Virus record (IMG/VR): IMGVR_UViG_3300025132_000026
Span: 1 to 64,000 of that record
Length of the DNA stretch: 64,000 nucleotides
Reading direction: 5' to 3' (one strand)
From: a virus
Every line of letters begins with the position of its first letter. Within the stretch, counting starts at the first letter, position 1. Below the pieces are notes generated by a model. That model was given only the letters and a program-made list of their open reading frames with translations, was not told the origin of the DNA and did no database searches. The translations under genes were made by a program, and so were the position numbers. This document shows positions 1 through 9,263 of the stretch, one piece after another.

Positions 1-1955
1 GCCATGTTGCGGTTTAGATCGGGATTCTCTGTTCTCGGTGGGCTAGTGCGAGACATTGGGCTACCAAAGATTCTGCTGTATAGCTCCGTTATATTCCTAT
101 CGTAATCTTGCCCGTACATCTTAATCACTTGTGGGATTTCGCCGCCGTCATTGATTACGTTCTGGGAGCCGTCGCTTCTCCAAGCAAACTCCAGCGAACC
201 ACCACTACCTTCTGTGACGTCCCAGTGTTCGAATGTCTTATCAACTAAGTCTCCACGGGTTCTGTCGTATGCGCCCTTGGCTATGTACTCGCCATCAACC
301 AACTGGCTTCTGACTGCTTGTATGTAGTCCTCCATACTTTCTTCAAGGTTGCGAAGCTCTCTCGCGATAAACTCGACTTCACTAACGGCATCGTCTGCAT
401 TGTCGGCGCTCACGCTCTCGTTGGATCTGATCAGCACGCGCAAGTGTGCGGTTTGCTTCTCGGCACCAGCAGGAACGTCATCCGGCTGGGCGCCCACAAG
501 CATTACTACTTCATACTCAACTTCAGCATCTTCACCGGGTAGTTCATAGCCGAGATCATCTAAACCAATCTCAGATACAAAGGCCCGGGCTTCTCTGCCG
601 TATGAATCAAACGGGATGGAGTCCAACATATCGTTAATGTCACCAGAGTCAACTTCGTCGGCAGAGTAGAAGTCATTATCTCGCCTTACAATGTCGGGCC
701 AACCTAAGTCAACTTCGAAGCTCATCTCACTTTGAATGGAGATATATGCGTATTGTCCGTCGCCACCCCAGTCGTTAGGATCTTGAACCTCTACGTAAAG
801 ACTTGTGTAATCTCCCTCGTAGTTATTAACAACTTCATCGACTGCTTCTTGAATGTCGTCGATATTTATCATCCCTTCGAAATTAACGTCAGGGTTCTCG
901 CCTTGAAGGTACTCGTTCATCTCTTCGAAGCCGGACAGATCGCTGGAGTGTTCGCCAGTTTCATGGACTGAATTGATAGGTGCGTTCTGAATAAACCAGC
1001 TAATGTATTCCCAAAGTTCCGAGTCCGGTGCGTTGTTGCCTCGTCCTTTAATTTGATAGAGTATTTGATCGTCTTCGTTCCAAGTCATAGTCACATAAGA
1101 CGATGATGCCTTGCGCTTCTCTTTGCGTTCACGGAGCGATACAAGCACACCACGCGAGTCTGATCCGCAGTGCCCCATACGCTCACCTTCGATAGAGCAA
1201 TTGTATGTGTTCAGGTTATACCAGTAAAGACCATTATCAAACTGGTGGATAACCATATTTGGATCTTCTCTATTCTCTAAATCTTCTATTGCAGTCTGGA
1301 AGGCAGTCTCAATATTGTCGCTCTTGATTAACTCATAGTTGGTGGGCTCGTCGTTAAGCCAAGCAAATAGTTTATCATAGTTATACCACCAACCTTTAAA
1401 CTCGCGTAACATTGTTGCGGCAAGTTCTTCTTTTACTTTCTCGACCTTTTCGGATTCAACGCCTGCTTTGCTCAGAGCCTTAACTGCTTTCATAAAGGCT
1501 TTGCGCCAAGCGCCAGAAGGCTTTGCCAAGACATTCAATACATTTTGAGCCACGAAAACAATGCGCTTGTTTTGCTCAATCATTTCGTCGTCGTATTCCT
1601 TGCGGACAACTGGCTTGTCATCAACACCACCAACATAATACGGAGTCATTGTTCTAGCTCTATACGGTGCGTTGCCGGCGGCGGATCTATCCTCGGGAGG
1701 TATAACTTGAATCTCGTCCTTGAAGGTTCTTTCCATAAAGCCTTCCCAATTTCTTTGAGCAAAGGTTCTTCCGTTGCGGGGCAACTCGTATTTCTTCCAT
1801 TCGTTGCCTGCGTATGTCTTTGCTTTCTCGGGTGCGTTCGGCATAGCTGACTCAATAAAATCAACAACGCTCTCGGGCAAGCCTATGTCTCGCAAACCCT
1901 CTGTTAAAACTTCTTCGCGAAGATATTCAAACCAATTGCCTGTAGATATATCCAT
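1..1955 (-). CDS. Large acidic protein with PcfJ-like domain (runs off window start; missing from ORF track)
   Basis: Manual translation from ATG at 1955 (MDISTGNWFEYLREEVLTEG...) stays open to position 1; contains EGERMGHCG...LVSLR...YVTM...YQIKGRGNNAP, matching the PcfJ-like motif pattern. Confidence 0.75.
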   Translation of the reverse strand, partial: MDISTGNWFEYLREEVLTEGLRDIGLPESVVDFIESAMPNAPEKAKTYAGNEWKKYELPRNGRTFAQRNWEGFMERTFKDEIQVIPPEDRSAAGNAPYRARTMTPYYVGGVDDKPVVRKEYDDEMIEQNKRIVFVAQNVLNVLAKPSGAWRKAFMKAVKALSKAGVESEKVEKVKEELAATMLREFKGWWYNYDKLFAWLNDEPTNYELIKSDNIETAFQTAIEDLENREDPNMVIHQFDNGLYWYNLNTYNCSIEGERMGHCGSDSRGVLVSLRERKEKRKASSSYVTMTWNEDDQILYQIKGRGNNAPDSELWEYISWFIQNAPINSVHETGEHSSDLSGFEEMNEYLQGENPDVNFEGMINIDDIQEAVDEVVNNYEGDYTSLYVEVQDPNDWGGDGQYAYISIQSEMSFEVDLGWPDIVRRDNDFYSADEVDSGDINDMLDSIPFDSYGREARAFVSEIGLDDLGYELPGEDAEVEYEVVMLVGAQPDDVPAGAEKQTAHLRVLIRSNESVSADNADDAVSEVEFIARELRNLEESMEDYIQAVRSQLVDGEYIAKGAYDRTRGDLVDKTFEHWDVTEGSGGSLEFAWRSDGSQNVINDGGEIPQVIKMYGQDYDRNITELYSRIFGSPMSRTSPPRTENPDLNRNM

Positions 1956-1974
1956 TAATTAAACTCCATCACTA

Positions 1975-1982
1975 TAAATAGT
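1975..1982 (-). promoter_or_regulatory. Putative late promoter motif ACTATTTA
   Basis: Same motif recurs upstream of most structural genes. Confidence 0.6.
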
Positions 1983-1997
1983 TGTTTTTATCAGTAT

Positions 1998-2756
1998 CTA
2001 CGCAAAAGGCTCCGTCTTTAACAACTCTGCCGTATCTTGCCACGTTTCAACCTCATGAGCAGACCCGTTAGGATGTTGTCTTAGGGCCGTTGCTAGCGCA
2101 TAATCGTTGCCAGGAAACGGTATCCTATCGCCGACAAAAATTATCTCATTATGCTCTAAGGCATCTTTAAAATATCTCTCAACTATCTGAGACTTATCTT
2201 TCCCAACATTGAATATGTCGATGCTGACAGCGCCGCCGATGACAAAATCTAGTTTTGGATATTCCTCTTTTAGATCCTCTACAATCTTTTCTCTTTCGTT
2301 GTGTTCTGGATCGTATTCTTCGTAAGCTTTTCTTTGTTCTGGGGTTGCCCTTCTTCCAACAATTGAAAAGTTTACCATACCTACTCTTTCTTCATAATGA
2401 TTGCCGGTCTTTATTGGAAATTCTGATTCGGCAACAATCTTGTCCAAATCCGCATAGAGGCCGCGAGGTGCACGGAATTTATTTTCATACACTGTCTCCC
2501 ATTCATTGTATCCGGTAGCATTAACAGTCTCAATTTTTTGATGAAATATGTTTCCCATACAAGCAAAGACACCATCGACCTTATCAACAATCCTACTCCC
2601 CAATTGGTCCAGAATCCTAACAAAAGAGCCGCCCGATACGATGTACACCTCTTTGTTTTCCATCCATCTCAAAAATTGCTTTTGAAATTTTTTATCTATC
2701 TTAGATTTTGCCGGAGTAAGCGTTCCATCGACGTCGAAAAGAAATATTCTACTCAT
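1998..2756 (-). CDS. HAD-IIB phosphomannomutase-like enzyme
   Basis: FDVDGTLT motif I, GGS, EER.GMVNFSIVGR, GGAVSIDIF, FVGD...GNDY as in eukaryotic-type PMM. Confidence 0.85.
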   Translation of the reverse strand: MSRIFLFDVDGTLTPAKSKIDKKFQKQFLRWMENKEVYIVSGGSFVRILDQLGSRIVDKVDGVFACMGNIFHQKIETVNATGYNEWETVYENKFRAPRGLYADLDKIVAESEFPIKTGNHYEERVGMVNFSIVGRRATPEQRKAYEEYDPEHNEREKIVEDLKEEYPKLDFVIGGAVSIDIFNVGKDKSQIVERYFKDALEHNEIIFVGDRIPFPGNDYALATALRQHPNGSAHEVETWQDTAELLKTEPFA

Positions 2757-2759
2757 TTA

Positions 2760-3110
2760 TCATCTCCAAAAAAGCTGGACACCTATTATCAGAAAGGATA
2801 GAAATACACAGATCATTGTCCTTACCGTAAACATGGTTTCGTTTAGAAAGTACCACGTCAATATCGGGAAGGTCAGATAGGACATACAAAAAATTAAAAA
2901 TCTAGGACCCCAAACTTCTCCCCATTCTTCATAGCAAAGTTTTATACCATACCAAAAACAAATACCAGTCGGCACAGAGTATAAAACTGCTGCCAATACT
3001 GGCTTATCCTTCCACCAATCCCATACAAATTGGGAGTTCAATTGAAACCAGCCTAGCGTCTGACCAATCGCAAAAAGCGTGCACGCTAAAACTATATTAA
3101 AAGTTGGCAA
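2760..3110 (-). CDS. Small 4-TM membrane protein (SMR/DMT-like topology)
   Basis: Four hydrophobic segments in 116 aa. Confidence 0.55.
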   Translation of the reverse strand: MPTFNIVLACTLFAIGQTLGWFQLNSQFVWDWWKDKPVLAAVLYSVPTGICFWYGIKLCYEEWGEVWGPRFLIFCMSYLTFPILTWYFLNETMFTVRTMICVFLSFLIIGVQLFWR

Positions 3111-3870
3111 TTATCAAATCCTCACATTTAGAGACTTCTTGTGTTGGTCGACCGAATCTGTCAACCATATTGACATTAAAATCTTTATATAAATTGGCGG
3201 CAGCTGGATGATATTTATACAGAATCACGCTTTTCTTTTTTAGACTTGAAAATTTGCGATTTAACATGTGATGATCCACAGTGGTTTCTTCGACTCCTTT
3301 ATTCTTCCCTTCTTCAAAGAAATTATAACTAAATTTTCCTGCTGGTATGATTAGATATTCACCGGGAATGTCTTGCTCATCAAGAGATTTTACGAAATCC
3401 TGGTTCGTGAGCCAGCTAATATCGAAATTGACTGGCTCGCAGTTAACCAGATAAGAAATTGAAAGCACATTCACTCCCTCTGGTTCAAAATCTCCGGAAG
3501 AGATATAGCCAGTGCTTGAGCATCTATTTAAAAGAAAAAACATCGCTGCTCTCATAAAAGGATCTCTGTAAGATACCCACTCTTTCTGAAAATGTAAGAA
3601 CATCTTTTTGTCGTCTTCCGCTCTGCGGTGCATGAACTTTACCATCTCGGCAATTCTAAAGCTATCTTCCAGAAGATATTTCCAAAACTCATACACCACA
3701 TAGCTGTTAGTAAATGACGTAACATTCCGGCCAGATTCTGCCAGATTAAGCTCTAGATTTCCGCCGTAAAACAAAACCGTTGAAACTTCAGCCTGCTCTG
3801 GGATTATCTTTTTTAGATGAGTCAGACACCCTGATAACGAAGGGCCCGGATCTTTAATCGGGGTTCTCAT
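3097..3870 (-). CDS. Degenerate D12/Dam-class adenine methyltransferase homologue
   Basis: RAAMFFLLNRCS..G target-recognition segment and Dam-like layout; no DPPY motif. Confidence 0.6.
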   Translation of the reverse strand: MRTPIKDPGPSLSGCLTHLKKIIPEQAEVSTVLFYGGNLELNLAESGRNVTSFTNSYVVYEFWKYLLEDSFRIAEMVKFMHRRAEDDKKMFLHFQKEWVSYRDPFMRAAMFFLLNRCSSTGYISSGDFEPEGVNVLSISYLVNCEPVNFDISWLTNQDFVKSLDEQDIPGEYLIIPAGKFSYNFFEEGKNKGVEETTVDHHMLNRKFSSLKKKSVILYKYHPAAANLYKDFNVNMVDRFGRPTQEVSKCEDLIIANF

Positions 3871-4130
3871 TCAAATAGTTCCTCCATGTGGCTCAAAAAT
3901 TCCTGTAATCCACCAATCAGTTTAAAATTGAAAAAATCTCTTTCTCCATATTCAAAAATCAAAGGTAATTTATCAAGTTGATGTTGATCTTTTAAGTGAT
4001 AAAAATAATCTGGACAACCATCCACTAGAGTAAGAACATATTCAAGCCCGAAGTCTTCTAATAGCCTCAAGGCTTTTAAACAATCTGCATCACTACCTTC
4101 TGCAATCAGGTGATATCTTTTACTGAGCAT
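3867..4130 (-). CDS. Glutaredoxin-fold protein with degenerate CxxC
   Basis: LP.IF...LIGG C-terminal signature; DADC at the CPYC position. Confidence 0.55.
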   Translation of the reverse strand: MLSKRYHLIAEGSDADCLKALRLLEDFGLEYVLTLVDGCPDYFYHLKDQHQLDKLPLIFEYGERDFFNFKLIGGLQEFLSHMEELFE

Positions 4131-4653
4131 TCTTTATGGTTCGTTTAAACTCCTCAAGTTTCTCAGCCAAGACTTCTGGATCTATGTCAGGAGGCAGCGG
4201 AATGGCGCCGTTTTTAATCGTTTCATGAAGCTGATTGGCCGCGGCCTCAAGCTGGTCAGGTTGGCCGGCCTGGAAGTTTGGCGGGTAAATATCAGAGGCG
4301 TACGGATTTGGTACCGGTGTGGGCGCCTGTTGCACGCTCTGCTGTGGGGTCTCGCTGTACTCTTCTTCATCTTCTGATTCTTCTTGGCCAAGCTGATACG
4401 TGACGTATGAGCCGATAAGGCGCGAGATATCAGAAAGCGTGAAGTCGACTCTAGCCATATTCTCCCTTATCTCTGAAATTTTGTTGGCCGTGTCAGAGCT
4501 AAGGATTTTATCCCCCTTGGCGTGGCCTGTGAGATTGTTTAGCTCTTTGTTTGTTTCGTTTAGACACTGCCTTGATCTTGCTAGCAACCTCTCTAGTTCA
4601 AGATCTAGCTCTTCCATGTCAATTGAATATTGAATATTTACTCTTTGGTTCAT
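4120..4653 (-). CDS. Hypothetical coiled-coil protein
   Basis: 177 aa ORF coupled to neighbours. Confidence 0.7.
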   Translation of the reverse strand: MNQRVNIQYSIDMEELDLELERLLARSRQCLNETNKELNNLTGHAKGDKILSSDTANKISEIRENMARVDFTLSDISRLIGSYVTYQLGQEESEDEEEYSETPQQSVQQAPTPVPNPYASDIYPPNFQAGQPDQLEAAANQLHETIKNGAIPLPPDIDPEVLAEKLEEFKRTIKNAQ

Positions 4654-4654
4654 T

Positions 4655-4945
4655 TTATCCTCTTAATAGTTGTTTTTGTTGGTTAAGGGTGGATTCGATA
4701 ACATCAGGTGCCCCTACCACCACAATTTCTGTGCCCGTGTGCCCTCGATTAATCGTCAATTTAGTAAATCGATGAGAAGACTCTAGGTCTGGCATAAGTC
4801 GGCTTTGTTCGTTCAGTTGTTTTAGGCGTGCCTCTTCTCTTATCATTATAACATGTTCTGGGTTTACAAAAACCTCCCTTAGTGTGTAATCTTGCCGGCT
4901 CGTTACAGTGTTGCTTTGGCATATTTCAGTAAGTTTTACTAGCAT
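4655..4945 (-). CDS. Hypothetical protein
   Basis: 96 aa ORF in operon. Confidence 0.7.
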   Translation of the reverse strand: MLVKLTEICQSNTVTSRQDYTLREVFVNPEHVIMIREEARLKQLNEQSRLMPDLESSHRFTKLTINRGHTGTEIVVVGAPDVIESTLNQQKQLLRG

Positions 4946-5142
4946 GCTTTCTCCATAGGATATACATCCCTTCTTTTAAGTTTCCACTCTTGACCATTAG
5001 CATAAACCTGATAAACGGTATTGGTTCCACCCATATAAACACCAACGGTGGGTCTCTCGGTCATTCGATGCCTCATACCCTTTTCCGATTCACTCCACAA
5101 TTCAACACCTTGTGGTATGTGAACTAAGTCACCTTGTTGCAT
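4939..5142 (-). CDS. Hypothetical protein
   Basis: 67 aa ORF abutting the groEL stop. Confidence 0.65.
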   Translation of the reverse strand: MQQGDLVHIPQGVELWSESEKGMRHRMTERPTVGVYMGGTNTVYQVYANGQEWKLKRRDVYPMEKAC

Positions 5143-6726
5143 TTAATCAGTCTCCGTCTGAATAATACCAAAATTGGTAGTAATTAGCGTGGCGGCGGTG
5201 CTGGCACCGTTCTGTAGTGCTGTTCTGGATACCTTTACGGGGTCTATAATACCACATTTAAACAAATCTGTCAACTCAGATCTGCGGAAATCCCAGCCGT
5301 TTCCATCTTTTGAATTCAAAACCTTTTGTACAATAATGTCAGGGGAATCTCCAGAATTCAAAGCCATCTGCCTGATTGGCTCTCGGCATGCGTTCTGCAC
5401 TACTACGGCTCCCACCCCTTGGTCTGTGTGGCCATCCTCTGTGGAAATAATTATTCTTTCTGACGCTCTGAGTAATGCCACTCCACCTCCGGGTACAATA
5501 CCCTCTGCTTGGGCCGCCTTAACAGCCTCAAGTGCATCCTCAATGCGGTGTTTCTTTTCAATCATCTCAACTTCTGTTGTTCCACCGACCCTAATTACAG
5601 CTACTGCAGATCCTAGTCTGACAATCCTGCTCTGGATTCGACTACACTCCTGCAAGTCGTCTGTTTGTGTTATCGAATCTTTTAGGTCCTCAATTTTTTG
5701 TTCTATCAAATCATAGTCTGCGGCGCCTCCAACAATCGTTGTCAGTCTTCTGTCAGATTCTATAAAGTTTGCAGTACCAAAATCCACCAACTCTATGTTT
5801 TGTAGTTTCCTTCCGCTTTCTCTTGTTATGAATGTTGCTCCAGTTGATAGCGCCATATCGTTCAAGATATTTCTGCGGTCTTCTCCATATAAAGGTGCTT
5901 TTATTGCGGCGACCTTTAGTGAGCCTCGCATAGAATTCATAATCAGAGCAGCCAGCGCTTGGCCCTCGATATCCTCTGCGATTATCACCAGTGGTCTGTT
6001 CTCTCTCGCAATCAACTCCAAGGCTGGCAAGATTTGTTCAACTGTTGCTATCTTGTGATCAGTGATAAGAAACAGTGGCTCTTCATGATGCATCACTCCC
6101 CTTCTTTCGTCAGTTATGAAGGCTGATGCACAGTATGTACCGTTAAACCTAAACCCTTCGGTTATATCCAGTATAGTGTCCACCGAGCGTGACTCTTCAA
6201 TTGTGATTGTCCCGTCTTGACCTACTCTATCGACAGCCATCGAAATAAGCTTCCCGATAGATTTATCATTATTAGCCGAAATTGTTGCGATATGTTCAAT
6301 ATCTTCTACACTCGTAACCGGACGCGCAAGATCTTTCAGGTTTTTGACCACCTCTCTCACAGCCAGATCGATTCCTCTTTGCAACTCTGTTGGAGATATG
6401 CCAGATGTTATATACCTCTGCGATTCTCTGAGGATTGCTCTTGCGAGAACTGTTGCGGTGGTTGTACCATCGCCGGCTTCGTTGTTAGTCTCAATTGCAG
6501 CTTGCTTGATTACTTGTGCTGCAGCATTCTCAAAAGGATCTTCGCATTTTACAAATGCTGCGACTGTAACGCCGTCCTTTGTGATAAATGGGTTCTTGCC
6601 TTTTTCTTGTAGAAGGACATTTCGACCTCTTGGCCCAAGAGTTGAAGCCACGTTATCGGCAAGCTTGTTGGCGCCGGCCATTATCTTTTGTTGTAGTGTT
6701 TGATTGTCGTCATATGCGCGACTCAT
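5143..6726 (-). CDS. groEL: Group I chaperonin GroEL
   Basis: TLGPRGRNV, ITKDGVTVA, AGDGTTTATVLA, GIVPGGG, GIIDP.KV motifs. Confidence 0.97.
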   Translation of the reverse strand: MSRAYDDNQTLQQKIMAGANKLADNVASTLGPRGRNVLLQEKGKNPFITKDGVTVAAFVKCEDPFENAAAQVIKQAAIETNNEAGDGTTTATVLARAILRESQRYITSGISPTELQRGIDLAVREVVKNLKDLARPVTSVEDIEHIATISANNDKSIGKLISMAVDRVGQDGTITIEESRSVDTILDITEGFRFNGTYCASAFITDERRGVMHHEEPLFLITDHKIATVEQILPALELIARENRPLVIIAEDIEGQALAALIMNSMRGSLKVAAIKAPLYGEDRRNILNDMALSTGATFITRESGRKLQNIELVDFGTANFIESDRRLTTIVGGAADYDLIEQKIEDLKDSITQTDDLQECSRIQSRIVRLGSAVAVIRVGGTTEVEMIEKKHRIEDALEAVKAAQAEGIVPGGGVALLRASERIIISTEDGHTDQGVGAVVVQNACREPIRQMALNSGDSPDIIVQKVLNSKDGNGWDFRRSELTDLFKCGIIDPVKVSRTALQNGASTAATLITTNFGIIQTETD

Positions 6727-6749
6727 TAATACCTCGCAGTTATGTATAT

Positions 6750-6778
6750 ATTATAATCATTTTTTAGATAAATGTCAA
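6750..6778 (-). promoter_or_regulatory. Sigma70-type promoter for groEL operon
   Basis: Perfect TTGACA-N17-TATAAT on minus strand. Confidence 0.85.
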
Positions 6779-8112
6779 ACTTTATTTTCATCATCAGGCT
6801 CACTTAATTGTGCCTGGAGAGTTTGTTGAATTTTAACAGAGTCTTGGATTGCCCTGTTGCCCGAATTGATGGCAGAACTTCGCTTTTCTACCAAAAAGTA
6901 TTTGTTTACATTCTCTGATAAAGCTTGCGTGGCCGTGAATAGTTGCATAACTTCTTCGTTTAGTTTGTTCATGTGACTTCTTGCAACGTTCAAAATTTGT
7001 TCTTCGGTAAATGGCAGTTCTCCTAATTGCTGATACTCCACAAAGTCATAGCTAATTAATTGTGCTGGGCTGATATGCCACTGTGTTCCACCGGCTTTTT
7101 CGAGCAGCAAGTTCCACTCCTCAATAATTGCCTCGTTAAGATCTTGTTCTGCCGCAGCTTGGTCGGGTGCCTGCGCAGCTGTTTCGCGCTTCTTCCTAAC
7201 CCTTTCGGAATACCCAGCGGTCCTTTGAAGTAGGTTATACTTTGATTCCCAGCTATCATCAGGTAATTTAAGTTCACCCCCTTTCGTTCTCACTGTCTCA
7301 CCCTTTAGGAGACGAATAGAGTCATCTGGACTAAGACCCTGAATTTGAAAGAGTTGCGCTCCTTTAGTTCGGCCGCCGCGAGCAGAGGTCGAGAGTGCGT
7401 CGATGAAATTGTTTTGATCAAATCTGAATTTTTCAATTTTAATTCCGCCTACTTCTTTGTCTTTTCTGGCAACTATATAAACCATTTCACCAAACTCATC
7501 AAGACCGTCAACTAGGTTGGTGTAACTACCTTCGATATTCGTAGTTTTATTAAGCAACTTCAAACTAATTGGCACCGCCTTATCACTATCCGAGAATGCT
7601 ATTAGATCCTGAATGGGCAGATTACCCTTTGCGGAGATCTCAGCCTCTTGTGTTCCCTGTAAAAGTGCCGACAGCCAACCCTCAAATACAAAGCCCGCAG
7701 AAGATGCATTAAAACTCTGGATGACTGCCTTTAATGACTCTAGTATAATAAGTGATGATATGATTCTTCGCGGTGATGTAATTCTACTATTCGGATCTAC
7801 AATTCGCTGCAAGAACTGTAGTTTTCCTTCGATTGTTCGGCCGCCGCCCATAACATTAAAAAGTTTTGTTATCTGCTGGCGTTCCATACTATTGGGATCA
7901 CCCCAAGCCTCCGTGGGTGTAAATTTTGGTAGAGACAGAACAAATTCTCTCGCTCTATCTTGTGCCATCTCTTGTATCGGCTCAGGCTTATGAGCAAACT
8001 CTTCATATATTTCATCAAGAGTATGCTCCACCATCTCCATCAAATCAGTCGGCCTAACCTTTTTGGACTCGCGAGAATACTCTTCTTCTAATATACTTTT
8101 TAAATTGAACAT
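6775..8112 (-). CDS. Hypothetical protein, possible PD-(D/E)XK-like domain
   Basis: 445 aa; AGFVFE...PIQD...ISLKL spacing resembles restriction-fold nucleases. Confidence 0.45.
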   Translation of the reverse strand: MFNLKSILEEEYSRESKKVRPTDLMEMVEHTLDEIYEEFAHKPEPIQEMAQDRAREFVLSLPKFTPTEAWGDPNSMERQQITKLFNVMGGGRTIEGKLQFLQRIVDPNSRITSPRRIISSLIILESLKAVIQSFNASSAGFVFEGWLSALLQGTQEAEISAKGNLPIQDLIAFSDSDKAVPISLKLLNKTTNIEGSYTNLVDGLDEFGEMVYIVARKDKEVGGIKIEKFRFDQNNFIDALSTSARGGRTKGAQLFQIQGLSPDDSIRLLKGETVRTKGGELKLPDDSWESKYNLLQRTAGYSERVRKKRETAAQAPDQAAAEQDLNEAIIEEWNLLLEKAGGTQWHISPAQLISYDFVEYQQLGELPFTEEQILNVARSHMNKLNEEVMQLFTATQALSENVNKYFLVEKRSSAINSGNRAIQDSVKIQQTLQAQLSEPDDENKV

Positions 8113-8121
8113 ACAAAAACC

Positions 8122-8778
8122 TCAGATAATTATATCAGCTATACCTAATTTTACAGCTTCTTCTGCAGATAAATAGACATTAACTTTGCGTTCTAACATC
8201 TTTTTAAGCTGACTTTGTGTCATTTTTGTTTCGTTCAACAATGCATCTGTATACATCTTCTGCAATTGCTCGACTGCTTCCATTTCATTTATTAAATTGT
8301 GCAAAGAACCATGATTACCAGCAATGACCGAATGGAGCATAACGCGACAGTTTTTACCTATCTTTCGTTTGCCTTTCGTGCCTGCCGCTAAAAGGAGAAC
8401 GCCGGCAGACATAACTTTGCCAAGTCCAATCGTGTGTATCTCTGTTTGTGTTTCAATACTCTTCATGACGTCATACAGCGCGAACATATCATCTGCATTG
8501 CCGCCGTACGTCGAGAGATAAAACTCAACAGGCAAGCGCTTATCTTCAGGTACTCCGTTGTTGGATTTATCTAAAAACAACAATGCGTGAACTAGTTCTG
8601 CAATTTTTTCCTCATGCACGTCTGAAAAAAGGCCTATTACTCTTAGTTCTTCCTGTGGAGGCCCAAGAAGCTCTTCTCCGATCTCTCCTGGATCAATTAA
8701 AATTATTCTTTTGCCATCTTCATTTGCGGGGCTCTCGCCAACAATTGAATTAATTTTTTGTTTTATTTTGTCTATCAC
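8122..8778 (-). CDS. clpP: ClpP-family protease subunit (paralogue A)
   Basis: YLSTYGG, GKVMSAG (Ser), MLHS (His), YLSAEEAVKLGIAD. Confidence 0.9.
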   Translation of the reverse strand: MIDKIKQKINSIVGESPANEDGKRIILIDPGEIGEELLGPPQEELRVIGLFSDVHEEKIAELVHALLFLDKSNNGVPEDKRLPVEFYLSTYGGNADDMFALYDVMKSIETQTEIHTIGLGKVMSAGVLLLAAGTKGKRKIGKNCRVMLHSVIAGNHGSLHNLINEMEAVEQLQKMYTDALLNETKMTQSQLKKMLERKVNVYLSAEEAVKLGIADIII

Positions 8779-9181
8779 TGTACCTGTCCTCCAAGAAAAA
8801 TGCCTGTACTGCGCCGCGGTGGGTCTCTAAATAACGCATCGCTGATTCCCAATCTTCAAATTTTATCATGTCCTTAAACACGCCGGAGTGATTGTGGACA
8901 ATTGCCCTTATCGATCGATGTTTAAATTCATCTAACTCTGTTTCAAATTCTTCTTTGAAAGAATTTATCTTAATATCGCTAAAGCCAGTTTTGGATAGCT
9001 CGTTAAGCCTGTATGTTGATGCGTAATGGAAACTCTCCATAGACTTCGCCAAAACCCCGAGGCTTATTAGTTGGGCCGCTCTTATAAGTTGTAAGCTTGT
9101 TCTGGCCGATCTAACAAAATAGAAGGTTCGACATGTCACGTAGCCAAATATAAAAACCAAAAGATATAGCAATATTTCCAT
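8750..9181 (-). CDS. Hypothetical protein with N-terminal TM segment
   Basis: 143 aa, hydrophobic N-terminus. Confidence 0.65.
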   Translation of the reverse strand: MEILLYLLVFIFGYVTCRTFYFVRSARTSLQLIRAAQLISLGVLAKSMESFHYASTYRLNELSKTGFSDIKINSFKEEFETELDEFKHRSIRAIVHNHSGVFKDMIKFEDWESAMRYLETHRGAVQAFFLEDRYSDRQNKTKN

Positions 9182-9192
9182 AAATCATCCAT

Positions 9193-9230
9193 AAAAAAAT
9201 AACCACCAAATACAAAAAGTATCCGGTGGC
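9193..9230 (-). terminator. Intrinsic terminator
   Basis: GCCACCGGATAC/GTATTTGGTGGT stem followed by TATTTTTTT. Confidence 0.6.
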
Positions 9231-9233
9231 TAA

Positions 9234-9262
9234 ATTATAACTTCTCGTAAGATTATTGTCAA
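9234..9262 (-). promoter_or_regulatory. Sigma70-type promoter
   Basis: Perfect TTGACA-N17-TATAAT. Confidence 0.8.
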
Positions 9263-9263
9263 G

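Noticed and set aside
1973-1980. T4 gp55 late promoter TATAAATA on the plus strand
   Set aside because: It points away from all genes; the conserved core across copies is minus-strand ACTAWWTA
2760-3110. Holin
   Set aside because: It lies far from the endolysin, in the sigma70-driven groEL operon; only hydrophobicity supports the call
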